This document shows positions 1 through 9,888 of a DNA stretch of 43,467 bases, in pieces. This DNA comes from Vitreoscilla sp. (lineage in GTDB: Bacteria > Pseudomonadota > Gammaproteobacteria > Burkholderiales > Burkholderiaceae_C), in NCBI GenBank assembly GCA_045810265.1, contig JBJMWF010000316.1:1-43467 (forward strand), read 5' to 3'. The position numbers were made by a program, and so were the translations under genes. The notes below the pieces were generated by a model that had not been told where the DNA came from, did no database searches, and saw only the letters and a list, made by a program, of their open reading frames with translations. Each line of letters starts with the position of its first letter. The first letter of the stretch is position 1.

Positions 1-236
1 ACCGGCTCGATCTGCGGCACGGCGTCGGGCACGGCTTCAAGATTGGGCGGCGGCCTGGCCTCGGGGCCATCCCGTTCCGAGTTGCCCGGCGGCAGGCGCG
101 AGACGTTGCCGGGGCCGCCCGGCGCGGTCGGCGTGGTCTGGCAGGCGGCCAGGACGGCCAGCAACAGCGCCGACGCGACGATGCGCAGCGCGGTCGGCAG
201 GTTCAGCGGCGGGAAATGGCGATCACGATGCGGCAT
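1..236 (-). CDS. rlpA: Septal-ring lytic transglycosylase RlpA family lipoprotein, 5' part (runs off the window)
   Basis: Manual translation from ATG at 236: MPHRDRHFPPLNLPTALRIVASALLLAVLAACQTT...ERDGPEARPPPNLEAVPDAVPQIEP. It has a lipobox LAAC and the DGP...PPNL.AVPDAVP..EP segment typical of RlpA N-termini. Not in the ORF track because it is truncated. Confidence 0.75.
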   Translation of the reverse strand, partial: MPHRDRHFPPLNLPTALRIVASALLLAVLAACQTTPTAPGGPGNVSRLPPGNSERDGPEARPPPNLEAVPDAVPQIEP

Positions 237-359
237 CGACAAGCGGCTTGCCCGGACCTGGGCGATGCCCGCGGCGGGTCCGCGTGCCGGCCGAGCTTAC
301 ACCGCCGCCAGCCCGGCCGTTGTGCTTCAATCCGGTGACTTCGCGGAGGGATGTTCGAC

Positions 360-1979
360 ATGAGCCCAGGATTTCGTCGTGCTGCTGCACGGCTTGGCGG
401 CGCGCTCGCGCTGGCCGTGTGTTCGTTCGCCGGAGCGGCTGTCATCGCGCCCGGCACGCCGCTGGCGGCCAGGCAGGAGATGGTGCGCAACAACGGCGCG
501 GAGCCCGAATCGCTGGATCCGCCGCTGATCGAATCGACCAACGCCAACAACATCCTGGTCGACCTGTTCGAGGGCCTGACCGCGCTCGACAACCACTCCC
601 GGGTCGTGCCCGGCGTCGCGCAGTCGTGGCGACAGCCCGATCCGACGACCTGGATCTTCAGCCTGCGCCCCAACGCGGCCTGGTCCAACGGCGAGCCGGT
701 GACCGCGCAGGATTTCGTCTACGGCTGGCATCGGCTGGTCGACCCGAAGAACGCCGCCGTGCTCGGCTCCACGTTCGCGGCCTACCTGCTCAACGGCGTC
801 GCCATCACGCAGGGCAAGCTGCCGGTCACGGCGCTCGGGGTGCGCGCCATCGATGCGGCCACGCTGGAGGTCAAGACGCCGGGCCCGCTGCCGTTCCTGC
901 CGATGCTGCTCGCGGCCTCCCAGTTCAGCCCCACTCCGCGCGCGACGGTGGAGAAGTTCGGTCATGAATGGACCAAGCCCGGCAACATGGTCAGCAACGG
1001 CGCCTACGTGCTCAAGGCGTGGCAGGTCAACAGCAAGGTGGTCATCGAGAAGAATCCGAAGTACTGGGATGCGGCCAACGTCGCCTTGACCCGCGTCACC
1101 TACCTGGACGTGGAGGACGCCAACGCCGACCTCAAGCTTTACCAGTCCGGCGAGAACGACTTCGTGCAGCGCCTGCCCGCGAGCACCTATGCGTCGTTGA
1201 AGGCCCAGTATCCGAAGGAGATCCACAACAGCGCGATGATCGCGCTGCGCTTCTACGCGTTGAACAACAACGACCCCTTGCTCAAGGACGTGCGCGTGCG
1301 CAAGGCGCTGTCGATCGTGATCGACCGCGAGGTGCTGGCGAGCAAGATCACGGCCGATGGCCAGGCGCCGGTCTACGGCTTGATGGTCAAGGGCAACGAG
1401 GGCGCCGACATGCTGCGCTACGACTGGGCCGACTGGCCCATGGACAAGCGCGTCGCCGAGGCGCGCAAGCTGCTCGCCGACGCCGGCGTGAAGCCCGGCA
1501 CGCGGCTGAAGTTCGCGTACAACACCAGCGACTATCACAAGAAGATGGCCATATTCGCGGCCTCCGAGTGGAAGACCAAGCTGGGCCTGGACACCGAGAT
1601 GGAAAGCATGGAATACAAGGTGCTGATCCACAAGCGCCAGAGCGCCGACTACCAGATCGCCCGCCATGCCTGGATCCCCGGCTATGCCGACATCACCGGC
1701 TTTCTGGAACTGGTGCAGTGCGGCAACGACTCCAACGACAACAAGAGCTGCAACAAGGCGGGCGACGAGCTGATCCGCCAGGCCAGCGCCAGCGCCGATC
1801 CGGTGCGGCGCAAGGCGCTGATGACGCAGGCGCTGCGCGTCGAGATGGACGACTACCCGCTGATCCCGCTGCTGCAGATGTCCACGCCGCGGCTGGTCAA
1901 GCCCTGGATCGGCGGCTACGACGACGCGAACGACCAGGACATCTTCCGCAGCAAGGATTTCTACGTGATCAGGCACTGA
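360..1979 (+). CDS. oppA: Oligopeptide ABC transporter substrate-binding protein (OppA-like, copy 1)
   Basis: Family-5 SBP motifs NNGAEPESLDP, DLFEGL, WSNGEPVTAQDFVYGW, SNGAY, DVRVRKALS; N-terminal signal peptide. GGAGG at 345-349 favours ATG 360 over ATG 351. Confidence 0.92.
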   Translation: MSPGFRRAAARLGGALALAVCSFAGAAVIAPGTPLAARQEMVRNNGAEPESLDPPLIESTNANNILVDLFEGLTALDNHSRVVPGVAQSWRQPDPTTWIFSLRPNAAWSNGEPVTAQDFVYGWHRLVDPKNAAVLGSTFAAYLLNGVAITQGKLPVTALGVRAIDAATLEVKTPGPLPFLPMLLAASQFSPTPRATVEKFGHEWTKPGNMVSNGAYVLKAWQVNSKVVIEKNPKYWDAANVALTRVTYLDVEDANADLKLYQSGENDFVQRLPASTYASLKAQYPKEIHNSAMIALRFYALNNNDPLLKDVRVRKALSIVIDREVLASKITADGQAPVYGLMVKGNEGADMLRYDWADWPMDKRVAEARKLLADAGVKPGTRLKFAYNTSDYHKKMAIFAASEWKTKLGLDTEMESMEYKVLIHKRQSADYQIARHAWIPGYADITGFLELVQCGNDSNDNKSCNKAGDELIRQASASADPVRRKALMTQALRVEMDDYPLIPLLQMSTPRLVKPWIGGYDDANDQDIFRSKDFYVIRH

Positions 1980-1996
1980 GCCGGCCCGGAATCTGC

Positions 1997-2024
1997 TTGG
2001 CCGCTTGCACGACCCCCCTATACT
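1997..2024 (+). promoter_or_regulatory. Putative sigma70 promoter for oppA2-oppBCDF
   Basis: TTGGCC (1997-2002), 16 nt, TATACT (2019-2024) in the 86-bp gap between the two oppA genes. Confidence 0.5.
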
Positions 2025-2065
2025 GCAGCCGCCTCTTCCCACGTCGCGCACGGAGCCCTCCCGCA

Positions 2066-3691
2066 ATGAACACGCGCTGCAAGCAGCCGCTCGCACGAGC
2101 CCTCCAGGCCCTGGCACTCGCCGCGAGCGTCGTCGCGACGGCACGGGCCGCCGTCATTCCTCCCGGCACCCAGCTGTCGCCGCGCCAGGAGATGGTGCGC
2201 AACAACGGCGCCGAGCCGGAGTCGCTGGATCCGGCCTACATCGAGACGGTCAACGCCGGCGAGATCGACCGCGACCTGTTCGAAGGCCTGACCTCCACCG
2301 ACCACCACGACAACGTCGTGCCCGGCGTCGCCGAGTCGTGGAAGCAGACCGATGCCACCACCTGGGTCTTCAAGCTGCGCAAGAACGCCCTGTGGTCGAA
2401 CGGCCAGCACGTGACCGCCGACGACTTCGTCTACGCCTGGCGGCGCTTCCTCGATCCGAAGACCGCGGCCAAGATCGCGACGACCTACGGCATCTACCTG
2501 CTCAATGGCCTGGACGTCGTCACTGGCAAGAAGCCGGTGACCGAGCTGGGCGTGCGTGCGATCGACCCGCAGACGCTGGAGATCAAGACGGCGGGCCCGG
2601 TGCCGTACCTGCCGCGCGTGGTGTCGGTGGCGCAGTACGCGCCGCAGCCCAAGGCGGTGATCGACAAGCTGGGCCGCGACTGGACCAAGCCCGGCAACAT
2701 GGTCAGCAACGGCGCCTACGTGCTCAAGGACTGGCAGGTCAACAGCAAGGTCGTGATCGAGAAGAACCCGCAGTACTGGGACGCCGCCAACGTGCAGCTG
2801 ACGCGCGTGACCTATCTGTGCGTGGAAGACAACAACGCCGACCTGAAGCTCTACCAGTCCGGCGAGAACGACTTCATGCAGCAGTTGGCCCCCGGCGTGT
2901 ACAACGCGCTCAAGGCGCAGTACCCCACCGAGATGCACAACGGCCCGCTGCTGGGCATCCGCTTCTATGCGCTGAACAACGAGGATCCGCTGCTCAAGGA
3001 CATCCGCGTGCGCAAGGCGCTGTCGATGGTGATCGACCGCGACATCCTTTCCAGCAAGGTGACGGCGGACGGCCAGCCGCCGTTGTACGGCCTGGCCGTC
3101 AAGGGCCTGGCCAGCATCGGCCAGTCGCGCTACGACTGGGCCGACTGGCCGATGGACAAGAAGGTGGCCGAGGCGCGCAAGCTGCTGGCCGAGGCGGGCG
3201 TCAAGCCGGGTACGCGCCTGAAGTTCACCTACAACAACAGCGACTATCACAAGAAGATGGCGATCTTCGCGGCCTCCGAGTGGAAGACCAAGCTGGGGCT
3301 GGACACCGACATGGACAGCCTGGAGTTCAAGGTGTTGGTGCGCAAGCGCCACGACGGCGACTTTCAGATCGCCCGCCACGGCTGGATCGCGACCTTCAAC
3401 GACGCGACGCTGTTCCTGTCGCTGGTGCAGTGCGGCTCCGAGGTCAACGACGACCGCAGCTGCAACAAGAAGGCCGACGAACTGATCGCGCAGGGCAACC
3501 TGCAGACCGATCCCGCCAAGCGCGAGGCGCTGCTGACGCAGGCGGCCAAGCTCGTGATGGACGACTATCCGTTGATCCCGCTGTTGCAGTACACGGTGCC
3601 GCGCCTGATCAAGCCCTGGATCGGCGGCTATGACGATGCGAACGGCACCGATCGCTATCGCAGCAAGGATTTCTACATCCTCAAACACTGA
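2066..3691 (+). CDS. oppA: Oligopeptide ABC transporter substrate-binding protein (OppA-like, copy 2)
   Basis: C-terminal 541 aa of the 968..3691 ORF. Real start is ATG 2066 (GGAG upstream, signal peptide MNTRCKQPLARALQALALAASVVATARA). Same SBP motifs as copy 1. Confidence 0.93.
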   Translation: MNTRCKQPLARALQALALAASVVATARAAVIPPGTQLSPRQEMVRNNGAEPESLDPAYIETVNAGEIDRDLFEGLTSTDHHDNVVPGVAESWKQTDATTWVFKLRKNALWSNGQHVTADDFVYAWRRFLDPKTAAKIATTYGIYLLNGLDVVTGKKPVTELGVRAIDPQTLEIKTAGPVPYLPRVVSVAQYAPQPKAVIDKLGRDWTKPGNMVSNGAYVLKDWQVNSKVVIEKNPQYWDAANVQLTRVTYLCVEDNNADLKLYQSGENDFMQQLAPGVYNALKAQYPTEMHNGPLLGIRFYALNNEDPLLKDIRVRKALSMVIDRDILSSKVTADGQPPLYGLAVKGLASIGQSRYDWADWPMDKKVAEARKLLAEAGVKPGTRLKFTYNNSDYHKKMAIFAASEWKTKLGLDTDMDSLEFKVLVRKRHDGDFQIARHGWIATFNDATLFLSLVQCGSEVNDDRSCNKKADELIAQGNLQTDPAKREALLTQAAKLVMDDYPLIPLLQYTVPRLIKPWIGGYDDANGTDRYRSKDFYILKH

Positions 3692-4611
3692 TGTGGGCCT
3701 ACGTCGTCAGACGCCTCCTTGTCACGATCCCCACGGTGCTGGCCGTGGTGACGATCTGCTACCTGCTGCTGCATTTCACGCCGGGCGGCCCGTTCGACGC
3801 CGAGCGCAAGGTGCCCGAGGCGGTGCTGGTCAACCTGCAGGCCAAGTACCACCTCGATCTGCCGCTGTGGAAGCAGTACCTGTACTACCTGGACAGCCTG
3901 CTGCACGGCGATCTGGGCGCGTCGTTCCGCTACGCGGACTGGTCGGTCAACGACCTCGTCGCCCGTGCGCTGCCGGTCTCGCTGGCCATCGGCGGCACGG
4001 CGATGGTCATCGCCGTCATCGTCGGCGTGGCCTTGGGGATCGTCGCGGCGCTGCGCCAGAACAGCGCGGCCGACTTCGCGGTCATGCTGGTCGGCAACGT
4101 GGGCAGCGTGCTGCCCTCGTTCGTGCTCGGGCCGGTGCTGGTGCTGGTGTTCGCGATCGCGCTGCCCTGGCTGCCGTCGGGCGGCTGGGACGACTTCGCG
4201 CCGCGCTACATGATCCTGCCCATCGCGCTGCTGACGCTGATCAACGTGGCCACGATCGGCCGCATCATGCGCGGCAGCCTGATCGAGGTGCTCAGCTCCA
4301 ACTTCATCCGCACGGCGCGCGCCAAGGGGTTGCCGATGCGCCTGGTCGTGATGCGCCACGCGCTGCGGCCGGCGCTGCTGCCGGTGGTCTCCGTGATCGG
4401 GCCGCTGGCGATCTCGTCGATCACCTCGGCCATCGTCACGGAGTCCTGGTTCTCGATCCCGGGCCTGGGCAAGCTCATCGTCAACGGCGCCTCGGACCGT
4501 GACTACACGCTGGTGCTGGGGCTGGTGGTGCTGGTCACCGTGATGGCCGTGCTGCTCAACCTGGTCGTCGACCTGATGTACGCCTGGCTCGATCCGAAGA
4601 TCCGCTACTGA
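3691..4611 (+). CDS. oppB: Oligopeptide ABC transporter permease OppB
   Basis: PGGPFDAE, GDLGASF and EAA loop FIRTARAKGL; TGATG coupling to oppA2. Confidence 0.95.
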   Translation: MWAYVVRRLLVTIPTVLAVVTICYLLLHFTPGGPFDAERKVPEAVLVNLQAKYHLDLPLWKQYLYYLDSLLHGDLGASFRYADWSVNDLVARALPVSLAIGGTAMVIAVIVGVALGIVAALRQNSAADFAVMLVGNVGSVLPSFVLGPVLVLVFAIALPWLPSGGWDDFAPRYMILPIALLTLINVATIGRIMRGSLIEVLSSNFIRTARAKGLPMRLVVMRHALRPALLPVVSVIGPLAISSITSAIVTESWFSIPGLGKLIVNGASDRDYTLVLGLVVLVTVMAVLLNLVVDLMYAWLDPKIRY

Positions 4612-5495
4612 TGTCCGCCGTCCTGCCTTCCGTCGATGGCGCCCCCGCAGGCCGCAGCCCCTGGCGCGACGCCCGCCAGCGCTTCCTGCGCCACCGCGCG
4701 GCGGTGGCCAGCGTCGTCGTGCTGGCGCTGATCGCGCTGGCCTGCGTCTTCGGCCCCATGGTGCTGCCCAATGCGTTCGACTCGGTCGACTGGAACCTGA
4801 TGAGCGCGCCGCCCACGCGCGCCGGCTGGCACCTGTTCGGCACCGACGAGCTCGGGCGCGACCTGCTCGTGCGCACGCTGATCGGCGGCCGCATCTCGCT
4901 GCTGGTGGGCGTGCTGGCGACGCTGGTCTCCGTCACCATCGGCGTTGTCTGGGGCGCGGTGGCGGGATTTGCCGGCGGGCGCGTCGACAGCGTGATGATG
5001 CGCATCGTCGACATGGCCTACGCGGTGCCGTACCTGCTGATCGCCATCCTCGTCGTGACCGTGTTCGGGCGCGACATCCTGCTGGTGGTGGCCGCCATCG
5101 CCTCGTTCTCGTGGCTGGACATGGCGCGCGTCGTGCGTGGCCAGACGCTGTCTATCAAGTCGCGCGAGTTCGTCGAGGCCGCGCGCGCGATCGGTGTGCC
5201 GACCTGGCGCATCATCTTCCAGCACGTCGTGCCCAACCTGCTGGGCGTGGTCGTGATCTACACCTCGATCGTCGTGCCGGGGGTGATCCTGAGCGAGTCG
5301 GTGCTGTCGTTCCTCGGCCTGGGCGTGCAGGAGCCAATGACCAGCTGGGGCGTGCTGATCCACGACGGCGCCGCGGTGATGGCTGCCACGCCGTGGATGA
5401 TCCTGTTCCCGGCCACGGCGCTGTCGATCACGCTGTACTGCGCCAACTTCATCGGCGACGGACTGCGCGATGCGCTCGATCCCAAGGAGCGCTGA
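4611..5495 (+). CDS. oppC: Oligopeptide ABC transporter permease OppC
   Basis: HLFGTDELGRDLL, REFVEAARAIG, ESVLSFLGLG, NFIGDGLRDALDPK. Confidence 0.95.
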   Translation: MSAVLPSVDGAPAGRSPWRDARQRFLRHRAAVASVVVLALIALACVFGPMVLPNAFDSVDWNLMSAPPTRAGWHLFGTDELGRDLLVRTLIGGRISLLVGVLATLVSVTIGVVWGAVAGFAGGRVDSVMMRIVDMAYAVPYLLIAILVVTVFGRDILLVVAAIASFSWLDMARVVRGQTLSIKSREFVEAARAIGVPTWRIIFQHVVPNLLGVVVIYTSIVVPGVILSESVLSFLGLGVQEPMTSWGVLIHDGAAVMAATPWMILFPATALSITLYCANFIGDGLRDALDPKER

Positions 5496-5499
5496 GCCG

Positions 5500-6505
<1,006 letters not shown>

Positions 6506-6513
<8 letters not shown>

Positions 6514-7501
6514 GCCGCTGCTGTCCGTGCGCGACCTGCAGGTGCACTTCAAGGTGCGCGACCGCAAGGCCTGGCCCTGGACGCCGGCCGCCAGGCTCAA
6601 GGCCGTCGACGGCGTGTCGTTCGACCTGCATGCCGGCCAGACGCTGGGCATCGTGGGCGAATCGGGTTGCGGCAAGTCGACGCTGGCGCGCGCCTGCCTC
6701 AACCTGATCCCGGCCACCGGCGGCCAGGTGGTCTGGAACGGCAAGACGCTGCGCCCGGACGACCACGCCGCGTGGCTCGCTGCGCGGCGCGACATCCAGA
6801 TCATCTTCCAGGATCCGCTGGCCTCGCTGAACCCGCGCATGACCGTCGCGCGCATCATCGGCGAGCCGCTGCGCGTCCATCGTCCCGAGCTGAGCGACGC
6901 GCAAGTCAACCAGAAGGTCGCCGCCGTGATGGCCGAGGTCGGCTTGACGCCGCAGCAGATCAACCGCTATCCGCACGAGTTCTCCGGCGGCCAGTGCCAG
7001 CGCATCGGCATCGCGCGGGCGCTGATCCTGGAACCCAAGCTGATCATCTGCGACGAGCCGGTGTCGGCGCTGGACGTCTCCATCCGCGCCCAGATCGTCA
7101 ACCTGCTGCAGGAGCTGCAGCGGCGCAAGGGACTGGCGCTGATCTTCATCGCGCACGACCTGGCGGTGGTCAAGCACATCAGCGACCGCGTGCTGGTGCT
7201 CTACATGGGCAAGGCGATGGAGCTGGCCGCGAGCGACGCGCTGTATGCCCGGCCTGGCCATCCCTACACCGAGGCGCTGCTGTCGGCCATCCCGGTGCCC
7301 GACCCGCGCGTCGAGCGCAACAAGGTGCTGCGGCTGTTGTCCGGTGACATGCCGTCGCCGATAGACCCACCGTCCGGCTGCGTCTTCCGCACCCGCTGTC
7401 CGAAGGCGATCGAGGTGTGCGCCCAGGACAGGCCGGCGTTGCGGCAGCTGGACGTGCAGACGGCGGCGGCCTGCGTGCTCGCAGTCGAGCGGTCTTCCTG
7501 A
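6506..7501 (+). CDS. oppF: Oligopeptide ABC transporter ATP-binding protein OppF
   Basis: KAVDGVSF, GESGCGKST, FSGGQCQRIGIARAL, CDEPVSALD, PSGCVFRTRCP. GTG 6506 follows GGAGG. Confidence 0.95.
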
Positions 7502-7535
7502 AGAGGAGCGGCGCCGCGCGCCCATCCTGAGCGAG

Positions 7536-7577
7536 TGGACATCATTTTCATATTTCGGATATAGTCGAAATATGGAA
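7536..7577 (+). promoter_or_regulatory. ars promoter and ArsR operator (inverted repeat overlapping the -10 and the arsR start codon)
   Basis: -35 TGGACA (7536-7541), -10 TATAGT (7560-7565); inverted repeat CATATTTCG (7549-7557), 8 nt, CGAAATATG (7566-7574). Confidence 0.7.
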
Positions 7578-7898
7578 TCCGAAGACGTCGTCAAATCACT
7601 CGCCGCGCTGGCCCATCCGCTGCGCCTGCAGGTCTTCCGCGCGCTCGTCGTGGCCGGCGAGCCGGGTTTGACGCCGGGGGTGATGCAGGAAGGCCTGGGC
7701 GTGCCGGCCGCGACCTTGTCCTTCCACCTGAAGGAACTGGCGGCGTCCGGGCTGGTGACGCAGGAGCGCGCGAGCCGCAACCTGGTCTATCGGGCGGCCT
7801 ACGACAACATGAACGCGCTGCTCGGGTATCTGACCGAAAACTGCTGCCAGGGTGCAGCGTGCGCGCCGAAGGCGAGCGCCGCCAGCTGCGGCTGCTGA
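7572..7898 (+). CDS. arsR: ArsR/SmtB family As(III)-responsive repressor (C-terminal Cys type)
   Basis: ALAHPLRLQVFRAL, ATLSFHLKEL helix-turn-helix, C-terminal YLTENCCQG..C...CGC; first gene of an ars cluster. Confidence 0.92.
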   Translation: MESEDVVKSLAALAHPLRLQVFRALVVAGEPGLTPGVMQEGLGVPAATLSFHLKELAASGLVTQERASRNLVYRAAYDNMNALLGYLTENCCQGAACAPKASAASCGC

Positions 7899-7908
7899 GG
7901 ATCGAACG

Positions 7909-8631
7909 ATGAGCACGCATGCCCTGGGACGCAAGGTGGCCGCGGAGGCGCTGGGAACGGCGCTGCTGCTGGCCATCGTGATCGGCTCGGGCATCATGGC
8001 CGAGCGGCTGGCCGGCGGCAACGCCGCCATCGCGCTGCTCGCCAACACGCTGGCCACCGTGGGTGGCCTGTACGTCCTGATCGAGGTCTTCGGGCCGCTC
8101 AGCGGGGCGCACTTCAATCCTGCCGTCAGCGCGGTGATGGCGTTCCGGCGTGAGCTGCCGAAGACGGCGCTGCTGCCCTACATCCTGGCGCAGCTGGTCG
8201 GCGCGATGCTCGGGGCCTGGCTGGCGCACGCCATGTTCGACCTGCCCCTCCTGCAGTACTCCAGCAAGCTTCGCTGCGGGACGGGCCAGTGGATCGCCGA
8301 AGCGGTGGCCAGCGCGGGCCTGCTGCTGGTGGTCCTGCGCGCGCCGGCGGGCCGGGCATCGGCGATGGTCGCGGCCTACATCGGCGCGGCCTACTGGTTC
8401 ACGGCCTCGACTTCGTTCGCCAACCCGGCCGCGGCGTTCGGCCGCATGTTCAGCGACAGCTTCGCCGGCATCGCGCCGCGCAGCGCGCCGGGCTTCGTGC
8501 TGGCGGAACTCGCCGGTGCCGCGATCGGCCTGGGCATCCAGCTGGCGCTCGAACCGCGCGTCCATCCGGCGGGCCATCCCAACCTCATCGAAGCCTCGGG
8601 AGATCCCGCTTCCGAGCTTCCCGTGCAATAG
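7909..8631 (+). CDS. MIP/aquaporin channel, AqpS-like arsenite facilitator
   Basis: AEALGT helix, SGAHFNPAVS and STSFANPA (two NPA motifs); lies between arsR and arsC. Start ATG 7909. Confidence 0.9.
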   Translation: MSTHALGRKVAAEALGTALLLAIVIGSGIMAERLAGGNAAIALLANTLATVGGLYVLIEVFGPLSGAHFNPAVSAVMAFRRELPKTALLPYILAQLVGAMLGAWLAHAMFDLPLLQYSSKLRCGTGQWIAEAVASAGLLLVVLRAPAGRASAMVAAYIGAAYWFTASTSFANPAAAFGRMFSDSFAGIAPRSAPGFVLAELAGAAIGLGIQLALEPRVHPAGHPNLIEASGDPASELPVQ

Positions 8632-8637
8632 GCAGTC

Positions 8638-9066
8638 ATGTCCTCCATCACCATTTATCACAACCCCGCTTGCGGCACCTCCCGCAACACGCTGGCCCTG
8701 ATTCGCAACAGCGGCGATGAGCCGGAGATCGTCGAGTACCTGAAGACGCCGCCGACAAGGGCCAGGCTGGTTGAACTGCTCGCTGCGCTGGACATGCCCG
8801 CGCGCGAGTTGCTGCGCCGCAAGGGCACGCCCTTCGACGAACTGAAGCTCGATGATCCGGCATGGACCGAAGACCAGCTGATCGACTTCATGGTGACTCG
8901 CCCCATCCTGATGAACCGGCCCATCGTCGTCACGCCGCTGGGCGCGCGCCTGTGCCGCCCCTGCGAAGTCGTGCTCGACATCCTGCCCTCGCCACAGCAC
9001 GGTCCGTTCACCAAGGAAGACGGCGAGCCGGTCATCGACGCGGAGGGCCGCCGTGTCGCTCCTTGA
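8638..9066 (+). CDS. arsC: Glutaredoxin-dependent arsenate reductase
   Basis: [14 protein letters not shown] catalytic motif, [28 protein letters not shown]. Confidence 0.96.
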   Translation: MSSITIYHNPACGTSRNTLALIRNSGDEPEIVEYLKTPPTRARLVELLAALDMPARELLRRKGTPFDELKLDDPAWTEDQLIDFMVTRPILMNRPIVVTPLGARLCRPCEVVLDILPSPQHGPFTKEDGEPVIDAEGRRVAP

Positions 9067-9775
9067 CTTGAGTCTGCCCAACCTCGACCCGGAGCAGTTC
9101 GTGCGGCCCGAGGGCGTCCGCTTCGAGGGCGTCGGCACGTCGATCCACGCACCGCGCTTCCTGCTGCTGTACGGCTCGCTGCGCGAGCGCTCCTACAGCA
9201 AGCTGCTGACGCTCGAGGCCGCCAGGCTGCTGCTGGCGATGGGCGCCGAAGTGCGGGTCTTCGACCCGGCCGGGCTGCCCTTGCCGGACGCCGCGCCGGA
9301 AACGCATCCCAAGGTGCAGGAGCTGCGCGAATCGGCCGCCTGGGCCGAAGGCATGGTCTGGACCTCGCCCGAGCGCCATGGCGCCATGAGCGGGATCATG
9401 AAGGCCCAGATCGACTGGATCCCGCTGAGCGTCGGCGCGGTGCGGCCCACGCAGGGCAAGACGCTGGCGGTGATGGAGGTCTCCGGCGGCTCGCAGTCGT
9501 TCAATGCGGTCAACCAGATGCGCATCCTCGGGCGCTGGATGCGCATGATCACGATCCCCAATCAGTCGTCGGTGGCCAAGGCCTTCCTCGAGTTCGACGA
9601 GGCCGGCCGCATGAAGCCGTCGGCGTATTACGAGCGCGTGGTGGACGTGATGGAAGAACTGGTCAAGTTCACGCTGCTGACGCGGGACGTCGCACCGTAC
9701 CTCGTCGACCGCTACAGCGAGCGGCGGGAAAGCGCCGCGGAGCTGTCCAGGCGCGTGAATCAACGATCGCTGTAG
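9053..9775 (+). CDS. arsH: ArsH NADPH-dependent FMN reductase / methylarsenite oxidase
   Basis: [70 protein letters not shown]. Confidence 0.96.
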   Translation: MSLLDLSLPNLDPEQFVRPEGVRFEGVGTSIHAPRFLLLYGSLRERSYSKLLTLEAARLLLAMGAEVRVFDPAGLPLPDAAPETHPKVQELRESAAWAEGMVWTSPERHGAMSGIMKAQIDWIPLSVGAVRPTQGKTLAVMEVSGGSQSFNAVNQMRILGRWMRMITIPNQSSVAKAFLEFDEAGRMKPSAYYERVVDVMEELVKFTLLTRDVAPYLVDRYSERRESAAELSRRVNQRSL

Positions 9776-9888
9776 AGCGTGCGAAGGCCGGCGATGGCGC
9801 TTCTTGCCGCCGCTGGTTGCTGTCGAGAGCCTTGTGCGGGACACCGCGGCCAACTGCTGCCCGCCCGCGCGGAACGCAAAGGATCATC

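Noticed and set aside
327-3688. Long antisense ORFs 327..2144 and 2018..3688 that resemble each other
   Set aside because: They are shadow frames of the two oppA paralogues. Stop codons are scarce on the antisense strand at this codon bias, and their similarity just mirrors the duplication.
968-3691. 907-aa ORF that looks like an N-terminally extended OppA
   Set aside because: The first 366 codons are an off-frame reading of oppA1 plus intergenic DNA (Arg/Gly/Gln-rich). The real protein starts at ATG 2066 with its own promoter, RBS and signal peptide.
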